Source: a virus. From it: DNA of 64,000 nucleotides. A program made the position numbers and the translations under genes. This document shows, one piece after another, positions 21,201 to 30,023 of this stretch; within the stretch, counting starts at the first letter, position 1, and every line of letters starts with the position of its first letter. Location of the stretch: positions 64,001-128,000 of IMG/VR virus record IMGVR_UViG_3300005573_000004; one strand, given 5' to 3'. Below the pieces are notes generated by a model. That model searched no databases. It saw only the letters and a list, made by a program, of their open reading frames with translations, and was not told where the DNA came from.

Positions 21201-21767
21201 ACAGGACGTTCCAGATTTGGCGCAACTATTTTTGACGGAAGAATGTGGATCCAAGGAGGTTATGCTGGTGTTGGCTCTAATTCTAGTCTTAGAGATGCGT
21301 GGTATTTAATTCCTGGAACTCCTACAATAACGCCTACTGTTACAATAACACCTACTGTTACTAAAACATTTACACCTAGAAATACTGCTACCAATACAAT
21401 TACTCCGACTCTTACTCCTACACTTTTTCTAACAGCAACTATAACACCAACAGTTACAGTTACTTTAACACCTACTCCATATGATATATGGTGGAGAACT
21501 ACTGGTACTGTATATCATGGTTCTATTTTAATGGATTCATCAAATGGTAAAAAAGTTGTTACTTTACCACCAGAATCTGCAATATATTTTCCTGATGGAC
21601 AATGGAAAGCAAAATTAAGTCGTGATAGAATACAACCTGATACGTATCTATTATATACACCAGGTTCTATGCAATTTACAATAATTATACAAAATAGAGA
21701 CGGAACTGAGCACGATTGTTCATCCGATACGTGCACAGTATATTTTAGTGTATTTAAGGAGCCATAA
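18288..21767 (+). CDS. Secreted multi-beta-propeller (Kelch/Asp-box) protein with T/P linkers and the shared C-terminal domain
   Basis: Signal peptide MRKILTFFFLLIASTSFS; Kelch blades NKLWMIGG, NYIYVIGG, NKIWLIGG, NKMWLIGG; S-x-DG-x-x-W boxes. Confidence 0.8.
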   Translation: MRKILTFFFLLIASTSFSLTWETYTNMTNSAGQGVSTMANAIVSYNGYVYLLGTGNTMSASSDTIYKFPLDLSSPVSVLGTKLPLGGGKYQSAFMYGNSIYYFPDRSDYVSGSRSLQGVYRANIINNVIGSFSKIGDLPFYKDHPYTMRTIIQNPDDNSYYIIGGAVLGENDWSNWCGFAQQTNSYSFFYSYDPYTEYRSNSYAIAMRTHDNNDNEIEPCRVITGENIFSVADVVKVSDGYIIGGSLYDPIIGLTVGYKFLKIDFNGNTISRTSDVLTNGIYLMNITKDYNDNVYLCGYTGSLGYIIKADSNLNTKFVKSYNLADSYTQLNDIEAYGNTLYAVGYTVSTNPNLIYHNILVKLDLNGNCITSFSDQNMTYSGSAYYGITVVADTIYAVGSGISDTNQSYPILGAYDLNLNRKWTVNISNPGIAYFGIYDNVNFSYPVIAIIPVYSSTYGIYRVRADTGSYIDSASYTMIYEPYLNHHSMFKNGKYYLGTNTQIIMIDSNLNTQIVSAIAYGSDISPATSNITYVKVSGSTIVDSWTNTVPFLSYGGSGSVYNGYLHYYGGLSKSAIDVTNIHYYAPIGVSGTLGTWGSEYWPGPPMAYGNAVNLNDKVYFSGNPYPYPYPYTMIGTYGIGGSMLTWTYDAHAPKPTWGERLLAALGKLFRIGGTTDSDTYYPINDVFIADNFTPTITPTITPTWTPNLTPVTFNDWVQVPTPSSDIPGRSGHALIDGSEIGSPGWMFVALGYNYDIFLKDIRKSPNGSDWEFVCSSNTLSYKYSFGYTTFNNKLWMIGGVDSSGLTNSVYSSTGSNIKWESRLPLGVAAPGVVVFNNYIYVIGGGDAGTGAGQASVFRSSNGIDWETVTLNAEFGQNAYAPAACVYNNKIWLIGGNYAYGSGTQNVYYSSDGVSWTLATSSAAFGKREHAKALVFQNKMWLIGGESSNTYYNDTWYSTDGINWTQYITDHTYTGRSRFGATIFDGRMWIQGGYAGVGSNSSLRDAWYLIPGTPTITPTVTITPTVTKTFTPRNTATNTITPTLTPTLFLTATITPTVTVTLTPTPYDIWWRTTGTVYHGSILMDSSNGKKVVTLPPESAIYFPDGQWKAKLSRDRIQPDTYLLYTPGSMQFTIIIQNRDGTEHDCSSDTCTVYFSVFKEP

Positions 21768-21768
21768 T

Positions 21769-23295
21769 ATGGATATAATATCTGGAATTAAACAAGCTTT
21801 TACCTTATATAAAATGTCTAAAAAAGTTAATACAGATGTGGAAATACCTGAACCGTATGCATCTATCATAGAAAAAATGCAACGAGTTGCAGAAAAAACT
21901 GGCTATAAAATTTATCCAGTTGGAGGATTTGTTAGAGATTTAGTTTCTGGATATTTTCCAAAAGATTTAGATATATTAGTAGATGGTCCAGGAGATAATC
22001 CAGCTGTTGAATTTGCTTCTATTTTAGAACAGAATAACGTTGGAAAAAATGCAGTAACGTTTGAAAAAGAAGTATCAGATATAGATCCAATGGCTGCAAA
22101 ATTTGGCGTTGCTAAAATGATTATTGATGGTATTCCTGTAGAATTAGTTATGCCACGTGGAGAAAAGTATAATCCTGATTCTAGAAAGCCTGAAGTTTTT
22201 AAAGCAGATATAAAACAGGATGCTTTAAGAAGAGATTTCACTATTAACACATTAATGTATGATCCTGCAACCAAGCAAGTATTAGATCCGACGGGACACG
22301 GTTTAGAAGATTTAAAAAACGATGTTATAAGATCTGCTAATCCTGATGTAGATACAGTTTTCAAAGATGATCCATTAAGAATGCTTAGAGCTATCAGATT
22401 TATGATAACTAAAGATATGAAAATTGATCCAAATACTTTAGATGGTATTCGTAGGAATGTTGATAGGCTTAATATAATTTCTAAAGAACGAATTGCTGAT
22501 GAACTTAAAAAAATAATTTTAGCAGATAAACCCAGTAGGGCAATCAGGCTAATGAAAGACCTTGGTCTTTTAAAATACATTATACCGGAGCTTGAAGATA
22601 CAGAGAAAGTGATGGAAGTTTCTAAATATCATCTTGAGGAACCTACTTTTGAACATATTATGCGAACATTAGATAACATTCCTCCAGAAATAACTTCTAG
22701 ATTAGCAGCTTTATTACATGATATTGGTAAACCATTGACAAGAACCATAGAAAAAGGAGTAGTGCATTTTATAAATCATCACAATGTTGGTGCTGATATG
22801 GCTAGGAAGATATTACAAAGATTAAAATTTCCAAATGAAATGATAGAAGATGTTAGTAAATTGATCCAATATCATATGGTGCCTCATATGTATACTAGCG
22901 AACAAGGAGATAAATCATTAAGAAGATTCTTATTAGATATTGGTCATTTGATAGATTTCATATATGATTTAGCAGAAGCTGATAGAAAAGGTTCTGGAGT
23001 TAGAAATGAAGAAGCCGAAGCTAGATTTCAAGAATTTAAAGAAAGATTAGAAAAGTTAAGACATCAACCTATTACGGTTGAACAGTTGAATAAACCTCTT
23101 ATTGATGGGAATGAACTAATGGAAATGTTTAATAGTCCGCCTGGAAGGTGGATACGTGATGTACATAAAGCTCTTGTAGATTTGCAACTAGAAAATCCAC
23201 AATTAACAAAGGACCAAGCCAAGACTTTTGTTGAGGAATATGTAAGATTAAAGCATCCCGAAATTTTTAAGAATAGACTCTTGACAGAACATTAG
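21769..23295 (+). CDS. cca: Class II CCA tRNA nucleotidyltransferase with HD domain
   Basis: VGGFVRD..KDLDI, DALRRDFTIN, DDPLRMLRAIRF, SKERI and LLHDIGKP motifs; SD AGGAG before ATG 21769. Confidence 0.9.
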   Translation: MDIISGIKQAFTLYKMSKKVNTDVEIPEPYASIIEKMQRVAEKTGYKIYPVGGFVRDLVSGYFPKDLDILVDGPGDNPAVEFASILEQNNVGKNAVTFEKEVSDIDPMAAKFGVAKMIIDGIPVELVMPRGEKYNPDSRKPEVFKADIKQDALRRDFTINTLMYDPATKQVLDPTGHGLEDLKNDVIRSANPDVDTVFKDDPLRMLRAIRFMITKDMKIDPNTLDGIRRNVDRLNIISKERIADELKKIILADKPSRAIRLMKDLGLLKYIIPELEDTEKVMEVSKYHLEEPTFEHIMRTLDNIPPEITSRLAALLHDIGKPLTRTIEKGVVHFINHHNVGADMARKILQRLKFPNEMIEDVSKLIQYHMVPHMYTSEQGDKSLRRFLLDIGHLIDFIYDLAEADRKGSGVRNEEAEARFQEFKERLEKLRHQPITVEQLNKPLIDGNELMEMFNSPPGRWIRDVHKALVDLQLENPQLTKDQAKTFVEEYVRLKHPEIFKNRLLTEH

Positions 23296-23309
23296 ATATT
23301 TTGTATACT
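23281..23309 (+). promoter_or_regulatory. Sigma70/sigmaA-type promoter
   Basis: TTGACA-N17-TATACT, ending 21 nt before the ATG at 23331. Confidence 0.7.
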
Positions 23310-23330
23310 TTATAAAAAAGGAGTAAAACT

Positions 23331-23951
23331 ATGGGTTACCCTACAAATTATGACAGTTTTGTACCTGTAAAAAAGACTGGAGATACGATAACAGAAGTTA
23401 TTAATATTCCTGCATCGGCAGCTCCAATTACAGTTTTTACAACATATCCAATTTTAAGAGGCGTGTCTATTCCTGGTTATGTGGAAGTTGTTGCCATTCC
23501 GGCTACTGGACAGTTTAGAGTCTATTATAAATCAAACCAGATTGTATTTGGTCCAACACCATTACCTGTTTCGGTAACTATTACTTATATAACTACCGGG
23601 ACACCAATTGCAGATATTCCATTTCAAGCAATATTAGATGCTATTACAGCGATTGAAAAAGCTCTCGGTTTAAATCCAGGAGGAACATTTTCAACACTAG
23701 CAGATAGGCTTATCGCAATTGAAAGCGGAGCAAATCATACACATAAAGTATATGATGGTACTGGAGCAATTAATGGAACTAATATAATATTTACATTGCC
23801 TGAGGCACCATCACAACCAGAAGCGACCATAGTAGTTTTAAACGGAAGTGTTTTAACTTATAATACAGATTATATTCTTAGTGGTGCTGATGTGGTATTT
23901 TCAGATCCTCCATCAGTTGGAGATACTTTAATAATTTATTATACAGTCTAA
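23331..23951 (+). CDS. Putative virion structural/fibre protein
   Basis: MGYPTNYDSF N-terminus; AITAIEKALG; C-terminal GxNxxFTL..V.LNG..DY..F..PP..GD module typical of phage fibres. Confidence 0.6.
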   Translation: MGYPTNYDSFVPVKKTGDTITEVINIPASAAPITVFTTYPILRGVSIPGYVEVVAIPATGQFRVYYKSNQIVFGPTPLPVSVTITYITTGTPIADIPFQAILDAITAIEKALGLNPGGTFSTLADRLIAIESGANHTHKVYDGTGAINGTNIIFTLPEAPSQPEATIVVLNGSVLTYNTDYILSGADVVFSDPPSVGDTLIIYYTV

Positions 23952-23964
23952 ATAGGAGGAAAAT

Positions 23965-24249
23965 ATGGCTAAATATAATGCTAAAATACGTGGAAGTAGA
24001 CAGATTATGGATAAAACTATAACAAATGCAGAGATAGCAGATGGAGCTGGAATAGAAGAACAAAAATTAGCCTTAGCACACGGAACTAAAGATTTATATG
24101 ATAAAAGTGTTCGTACAGATGAATCTAGAACAGTAGAGGACAATGTTGATATTGAAGTTCCTCATATTATTATACGAGACAAAGTAAACGGTAAAAAATA
24201 TCGTTTAGAACTTCGCAATGGAACTCCAGTTACGGTGGAATTAACATGA
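23965..24249 (+). CDS. Small fibre-like structural protein
   Basis: ITNAEIADGAGIEEQKL repeat; C-terminal NGKKYRL beta-hairpin. Confidence 0.5.
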   Translation: MAKYNAKIRGSRQIMDKTITNAEIADGAGIEEQKLALAHGTKDLYDKSVRTDESRTVEDNVDIEVPHIIIRDKVNGKKYRLELRNGTPVTVELT

Positions 24250-24497
24250 ATGTTAATCCTGATTCATTAAAAAAGCTTTGGGAGATTCAAAAACAATATT
24301 CTGGAAAATCCAGAAAAAGAATATTAGACTCTTTGAGAAAAAAGGAATATAATCCTCACCAAGATACGGATTATGTTAACCAGATGCAAGTTACTGATAG
24401 AGATACACAAATGGATCCAGATTTACAAGGAGAAGGAGGATCTTCTCTTGGAGTTGGAATACCAAATTTAACAAACGATAAACTGGAGGGTTACTAA
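24246..24497 (+). CDS. Hypothetical protein
   Basis: ATGA overlap with the previous gene. Confidence 0.55.
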   Translation: MNVNPDSLKKLWEIQKQYSGKSRKRILDSLRKKEYNPHQDTDYVNQMQVTDRDTQMDPDLQGEGGSSLGVGIPNLTNDKLEGY

Positions 24498-25166
24498 ATG
24501 CTGCTCACTCCCAAGGCTTTGCTTCTTAAGAAGTTAGAGTTTTTAGTTGGTCGTCCTCTTACTGCAGAAGAACATATGGAATTAACTAAAAAAATTAAAG
24601 TAGGAAATAATGCAGAAATTAAGGCTGCTGTAGACAAATTACGTCAAGCAAATAGAAAATTTGAACCTCTTTATGTTATTGTTGAGAAATATGCTAAAAA
24701 TCAAGATTTATCAAAGTTATCTCAGGAGGAATTGATCAATATTGTAGAGGATATAGTAGTAAAGACAACTTCAGTACAAGCAGGATTACGCATTCTTAAA
24801 AAATCTAAATCTATGTCTAAAATGGCTCTAATTAGGTATATCTATAATCTTTATCTCAGAGATGTACGTAGAAGAGAAAAGAAAGGAAATCGTGAAGCAA
24901 TTACAAATGATCAATCAAATAGGCCACCAGTCGGAGAAAGTATGGCAGCTCCGTTAGGATTTGAAAATCCAGTTAAACTTGACCGTCTTTTGCCTATTGA
25001 CGAATATGATTCAAAGGATGAATATCTAAATACTGAATTTAGGAATCGTCCTTCACATAATGAACCAAAAAAACTTACTGTAAAAGAACGCATTAAAAAT
25101 TATATCCAAAATTTTATTGGAAAACCAACAGGAGGAAAAGAAGATGTCGGAAATCAAAAGAATTAA
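24498..25166 (+). CDS. Hypothetical basic helical protein
   Basis: SD GGAGG; ORF track. Confidence 0.6.
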   Translation: MLLTPKALLLKKLEFLVGRPLTAEEHMELTKKIKVGNNAEIKAAVDKLRQANRKFEPLYVIVEKYAKNQDLSKLSQEELINIVEDIVVKTTSVQAGLRILKKSKSMSKMALIRYIYNLYLRDVRRREKKGNREAITNDQSNRPPVGESMAAPLGFENPVKLDRLLPIDEYDSKDEYLNTEFRNRPSHNEPKKLTVKERIKNYIQNFIGKPTGGKEDVGNQKN

Positions 25167-25416
25167 CACAAAGTATTCTAGAGTTAAACCAGCAACAAAA
25201 TCAGATCCTAATTCTAATCAACTTAAACGCAAAGCTTTTTTAGATGCCTTATTAGATGAAGCAATGGAGGACCCGTATACATATAGTTCTTTTGAAGAGG
25301 CTATTGCTGATTTAAGTGGAAAGTTTAAATTATCTTTAGACGAAATTAAATATTTGAAGCAATCTTCTAAAGATAAAAAAATTAAATTTGTAGAGGAATT
25401 TAGAAAAAAACATTAA
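25144..25416 (+). CDS. Small protein immediately upstream of terL
   Basis: SD GGAGG before ATG 25144. Confidence 0.55.
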   Translation: MSEIKRINTKYSRVKPATKSDPNSNQLKRKAFLDALLDEAMEDPYTYSSFEEAIADLSGKFKLSLDEIKYLKQSSKDKKIKFVEEFRKKH

Positions 25417-25420
25417 TTCT

Positions 25421-27202
25421 ATGCTCCAAGAACTAGACCCAATATATTTTATAGAGAAGAATTTTGAATTAAATGGCAAGCATTTTACTTTAATAGATGA
25501 TAAACTAGAAAATGCTCGCCATTATATTCGTGGTATTTATTATACCATAGCATTTACTTTGCCTAAAATAAAGAAGCCTATGGTTATTGTAAAAGGTCGT
25601 CAGGTTGAGATGTCAACCACGATGAGTAATATTATAGCGTATTTTACAGAGACATATCCATATTTTAAAACGTTATATGTTACTCCTGCTCTTGAACAGA
25701 TGAAGAAATTTTCTGGAGAAAAAATTTCTCCGTTACTAAGATATAAACGTAATCCAGATATTTTAAATCCTTTAGCCAAACAGGAGGATATTGAAGGAAC
25801 GTTTACAGTTAAAATGAAACAGTTTTCGAATGGATCTACTATCTATTTAGAATCAGCATCAGATGAAGGAAATAGGATACGTAGTATTTCCGCAGATATG
25901 TTAATAAAAGATGAGTATCAGGATTTTGATGAAAATGCAGAAAGCAATATAGACGAAGTTTTAAGCCATTCTGCTTGGGGTTTAGATATAGCTTTAGGTA
26001 CTCCGAAATATACAGAGACTAATTTTGAAAGAAAATGGAAGAGTTCAACTCAGCATTATTATCATTTACAATGTCCATCGTGTAAACATTGGTTTGTATT
26101 GAAATTTGATTTATTAACTACAGGATTTAAAGTTCAATGTCCGAATTGCCATCACGAAGAAGACAAAAGAGCACTAATTCCGCACGGGAAGTGGATACCA
26201 TTAGGTAATCCAAATGCCTTATATATAGGTTATCATTTATCACAGCTTTATGTTCCTTGGAAGTCTAAAGAAAAACTGGACCAAAACATAAAGGAAAAGC
26301 AGGAAGCTGGAATTAACGTTGAGAAATATTTAAAAAACGAAATTTTAGGAGAATTTTACGCTGGTATTTCTCAAAAACCTCCGACAGAAGCTATTGAACG
26401 TGCTTTTAAGCGAGATTTGCCTTATAATATTATTATTCCTATTTCTCGTCCAGTTTATGCTGGAGTTGACTGGGGTGGATGGAGTGCTTTGGAAGATGAC
26501 CCGACACAATGTTATACTATTTATGCTGATGGTACATTAACAGAAAACGGAGTTTTATTTGTTAATTATATGGAAGTTATAGATATGCAAGATGATATAG
26601 AAAAAGCTGATAGAGTTGCACAATTAATGGAGCAGCGTCGTGTTAAATTATGTGTAGCTGATAGTGGATATGGCAAAAATCAATGTTTGCGTTTATATTC
26701 AAAGTTTCCTACTAGATTTTTGCGTTGCAAATATCTTCCAGGATCATCGCTTACTTTAATTGATACTAAATCAGAAATAAAATCTGGTCTTATAAAAGCT
26801 AATATAGATTATTCATTAGAAGAGCTTTATTCTGCGATGCAGCAGGATAAAATACATATTGCTCGAAATCAATATACAGAAAGATTTATAGAACATTTTA
26901 AGAACTATGAAATAACTTTACAAGAAACGCATAATCATGTCCATAAACATTTTCAGAAAGTAAGAGGAAAGAAAAATAAAGTAGATGCAGTTCACGCAAT
27001 CAATTTTTTACGTTTAGCTGCGTTACACGATTCTAATGCTTTAGAGCATTCAGATCTACCTGTAGTAGGTGGAGAAAGTATGCGTCCTAGAGCATATCCT
27101 TTATTAACTGGGCATTCATTGGAAGAATTAAAATATAGAGCACAAATGGGTAATCCATTAGGAGTTCTTAGTAGATCCATTAGACGCACAATGGGTGAAT
27201 AA
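25421..27202 (+). CDS. terL: Terminase large subunit (GpA-like)
   Basis: Walker A KGRQVEMST, Walker B IKDEYQD, GTP coupling motif, CPSC/CPNC, nuclease motifs GVDWG and DAVHA. Confidence 0.93.
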   Translation: MLQELDPIYFIEKNFELNGKHFTLIDDKLENARHYIRGIYYTIAFTLPKIKKPMVIVKGRQVEMSTTMSNIIAYFTETYPYFKTLYVTPALEQMKKFSGEKISPLLRYKRNPDILNPLAKQEDIEGTFTVKMKQFSNGSTIYLESASDEGNRIRSISADMLIKDEYQDFDENAESNIDEVLSHSAWGLDIALGTPKYTETNFERKWKSSTQHYYHLQCPSCKHWFVLKFDLLTTGFKVQCPNCHHEEDKRALIPHGKWIPLGNPNALYIGYHLSQLYVPWKSKEKLDQNIKEKQEAGINVEKYLKNEILGEFYAGISQKPPTEAIERAFKRDLPYNIIIPISRPVYAGVDWGGWSALEDDPTQCYTIYADGTLTENGVLFVNYMEVIDMQDDIEKADRVAQLMEQRRVKLCVADSGYGKNQCLRLYSKFPTRFLRCKYLPGSSLTLIDTKSEIKSGLIKANIDYSLEELYSAMQQDKIHIARNQYTERFIEHFKNYEITLQETHNHVHKHFQKVRGKKNKVDAVHAINFLRLAALHDSNALEHSDLPVVGGESMRPRAYPLLTGHSLEELKYRAQMGNPLGVLSRSIRRTMGE

Positions 27203-27222
27203 TCAACCGGAGGTTCTAATAT

Positions 27223-29985
27223 ATGTATATAAATAGTTCTACTCCTCAAGGACAGTCAAATTTTTACAAAAAGATAGCTTCACAGAAACTTGCAAGAGGC
27301 AATCAAGGATTTACACGTAAAGCTTCAGTATTTGGATATGGTACAGGATCGGATTCTGTTGGTATGCCTCCAGTAGCACTTAGTGGTGGACAGGTTAGCC
27401 GTATGGCTATGAAGCCGTTCAGTCCATTATACCAAGAATCCAATTTAATGTTGCCAAAAGATAGAAAGACAATGAACGCCTACAACAGGCATTATTATGA
27501 AACAGATTATTGGGTTGGGAATATTATTGATTTACATACTTATTATCCACTTGGTGGATTTGATATTATTTCAAAAAATAAAGATCTAGAACGTCTAATG
27601 ATTCGTGCAGCTGATCGTGTAGATTTATTAAACATAGTATTAGGGGTTGGGTTAGAATATTGGGTTTATGGGGAAGCATTTCCGTTCTTAGAATGGGATA
27701 AAAATACTATGATGTGGAGCAGAGCAACTATATTTAATCCTGATTTAATGGAAGTTCGAAGAACCATATTTATGGATAAACCAATTATTACTTTAATTCC
27801 TGATGCTGAATTAAAGAGAATTGTTACTTCTACACACCCAGCGGATGCAGTATTGCGTGAACAAATTCCGAGAGGAGTTTTGGAATATGTTTTAAAAGGT
27901 GAGAATATTCCATTATCATCAAGAAATATATCTCATATTCTTAAAAAGACCGTTCCACACGATTTACGTGGAACTTCTATTATTCAAAGAGTTTGGAAAG
28001 AACTTATGTTACGTGATGCATTCAGAGAAGTATTATTTGTTATTGCTCAAAACCATATTACTCCATTAAAGATATTCAAGATTGGTGGAGTTAATAAAGA
28101 ATATTATCCAAGTTCTGATGAATTAGCAATATGGCAAGGAATTATTGAAGAAGCACAGAACGATCCGAATTTTAGTATTATAACACACGAAGGATTAGAA
28201 GTAGATTATAAGGGTGCAACTGGACAGATTCTAGATGTTCATTCATATTTAGAGCAAATACAAAATAACGTATTGACAGGTTTATTTGCTTCTAAAGCTA
28301 TGACATCTGGTGATGGTCCGTGTTATGATTGTCAAACGGAAGTATTAACTGAAAATGGATGGAAGAAATATGAGGAAGTTTTAGAAAATGAAAGGATAGC
28401 AGTTTTTGATCCTGAAACTCATAAAATAGACTATGAACTTCCAGAAGAGCGGCATTATTGGTTAAATGATGGTAAAAAAGATATGATCCATTTTGAAACT
28501 CAGCATATAGATGTTTGTGTAACTGCAGACCATAATATGCACGTTTTGCGTGACGGTAAATGGATAAAGATTCCTGCACAAGAGGTACGTTTAGGAGATA
28601 AATTTTGTGGACATTTAGAATGGGAAAGTCCAATTGAACCAAAACCTATAGTAATTGGTGATAAGATTATAGATCCAAAAATTTGGATGAAATTTTTGGG
28701 CTATTTTATTTCAGAAGGTTATATTAGTTATAATAAATCAGAACACGAGAACGGACCCAATAGTTTTACTTATCAAATACGTATACCACAGAGTAAATTA
28801 AGAAATCCAGAAACATTTGCAGATATAGAGGAAACGCTAAAGGCTATGGAATTTACTTATTCTATCATAGAGAAATCTCCAAAAGGATCGGAAAGCTATG
28901 ATTTTATTATTTATTCAAAAGAGTTAGTAGAATATTTAGAAGAATTATTTGATGTAGTTCAAATAAATTCGTATACTAAATATATTCCACAAGACTATTT
29001 AATGTGGCCGAAAGAATATTTAAGTTTACTTTTACAAACATTGATGTCTGGAGATAGACATATTCGTTATTCACATAAGAAGAGAGGGCATTATTATGCG
29101 TACTCTACTTGTTCTGAGAAATTGGCTGATTCTATACAAGAACTTATTTTAAAGGTAGGATATTTGCCAACTAAGAGATGGGATCCTTATAGTGGAACTT
29201 CTGGGTTATGGCGTGTATATTACTCAACGAATTCCCCAGATATTGTTACGCCAGGATTAGCTAGTGCAGAACATATAAGTAAACTAGATGGCTATAAAGA
29301 TTATGTATGGTGTTTTAAAATGCCATCAGGTGCTTTTATAACGAGACGTAATGGTAAAATTGGTACACATTTCAATACATATGCAAACGCACAAGTAGCT
29401 TATGAAATTCTTCAGAAGCGTTATGTTTATTTTAGAAATGTTATTGAGAGATGGCTTAAGAATAAATTTTTCCTTCCTATTTCTATTATGCATGGTTTCA
29501 AAAATAAAGAAGGTGGATATGATGTACCACAGATTAAATGGTCTCGTATGGATTTTAATAAAGATGATGCTTGGAGAAATAAAGTTATTGAACTCAATCA
29601 GTCAGAGAAAAAACTTATTTCTGATAGAACTGTTGTTACGGAACTCGGTTTTGATTATGATGAGCAACAGGAACTTATTCAGACAGAACGTATTGCTCAA
29701 CAAGCACAAAAAGAAAAAGCCAAAGCAATGGCTAAAGGAGAAGAAGGTGGAGCTGGTGGTTTAGGAGGTTTAGGTGGAGGTTTAGGTGGAGGTTTGGGAG
29801 GCGGACTTGGAGGTTTAGGTGGAGGTGGAGGTTTGGGTGATTTAGGTGGGGGAGGAGGTTTAGAAGGTCTAGGTGGAGGAGGAGAAGGCGGACCAGAACT
29901 TGGAGGTCTTGGTGGTGGCTTAGAAGGTTTAGGTGGTGGCGGTGAAGGTCCAGAATCAACAGCATTTGGTACACCTGGAGAATAG
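27223..29985 (+). CDS. Portal protein interrupted by an intein; Gly-rich C-terminal tail
   Basis: Follows terL; YWVYGEAFPF and DLRGTSII portal-type motifs; spliced junction GDGP|TYANA. Confidence 0.85.
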   Translation: MYINSSTPQGQSNFYKKIASQKLARGNQGFTRKASVFGYGTGSDSVGMPPVALSGGQVSRMAMKPFSPLYQESNLMLPKDRKTMNAYNRHYYETDYWVGNIIDLHTYYPLGGFDIISKNKDLERLMIRAADRVDLLNIVLGVGLEYWVYGEAFPFLEWDKNTMMWSRATIFNPDLMEVRRTIFMDKPIITLIPDAELKRIVTSTHPADAVLREQIPRGVLEYVLKGENIPLSSRNISHILKKTVPHDLRGTSIIQRVWKELMLRDAFREVLFVIAQNHITPLKIFKIGGVNKEYYPSSDELAIWQGIIEEAQNDPNFSIITHEGLEVDYKGATGQILDVHSYLEQIQNNVLTGLFASKAMTSGDGPCYDCQTEVLTENGWKKYEEVLENERIAVFDPETHKIDYELPEERHYWLNDGKKDMIHFETQHIDVCVTADHNMHVLRDGKWIKIPAQEVRLGDKFCGHLEWESPIEPKPIVIGDKIIDPKIWMKFLGYFISEGYISYNKSEHENGPNSFTYQIRIPQSKLRNPETFADIEETLKAMEFTYSIIEKSPKGSESYDFIIYSKELVEYLEELFDVVQINSYTKYIPQDYLMWPKEYLSLLLQTLMSGDRHIRYSHKKRGHYYAYSTCSEKLADSIQELILKVGYLPTKRWDPYSGTSGLWRVYYSTNSPDIVTPGLASAEHISKLDGYKDYVWCFKMPSGAFITRRNGKIGTHFNTYANAQVAYEILQKRYVYFRNVIERWLKNKFFLPISIMHGFKNKEGGYDVPQIKWSRMDFNKDDAWRNKVIELNQSEKKLISDRTVVTELGFDYDEQQELIQTERIAQQAQKEKAKAMAKGEEGGAGGLGGLGGGLGGGLGGGLGGLGGGGGLGDLGGGGGLEGLGGGGEGGPELGGLGGGLEGLGGGGEGPESTAFGTPGE
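28321..29376 (+). mobile_element. Intein (352 aa) with LAGLIDADG homing endonuclease domain
   Basis: Block A CYDCQTEVLTENGW; block B VTADH; FLGYFISEG and LMSGD; block H SEKLADSIQEL; ends FITRRNGKIGTHFN followed by Thr. Confidence 0.93.
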
Positions 29986-30023
29986 TCATGAATTTCTTTA
30001 ATAACTCATTGCGAGGTGTAGAT

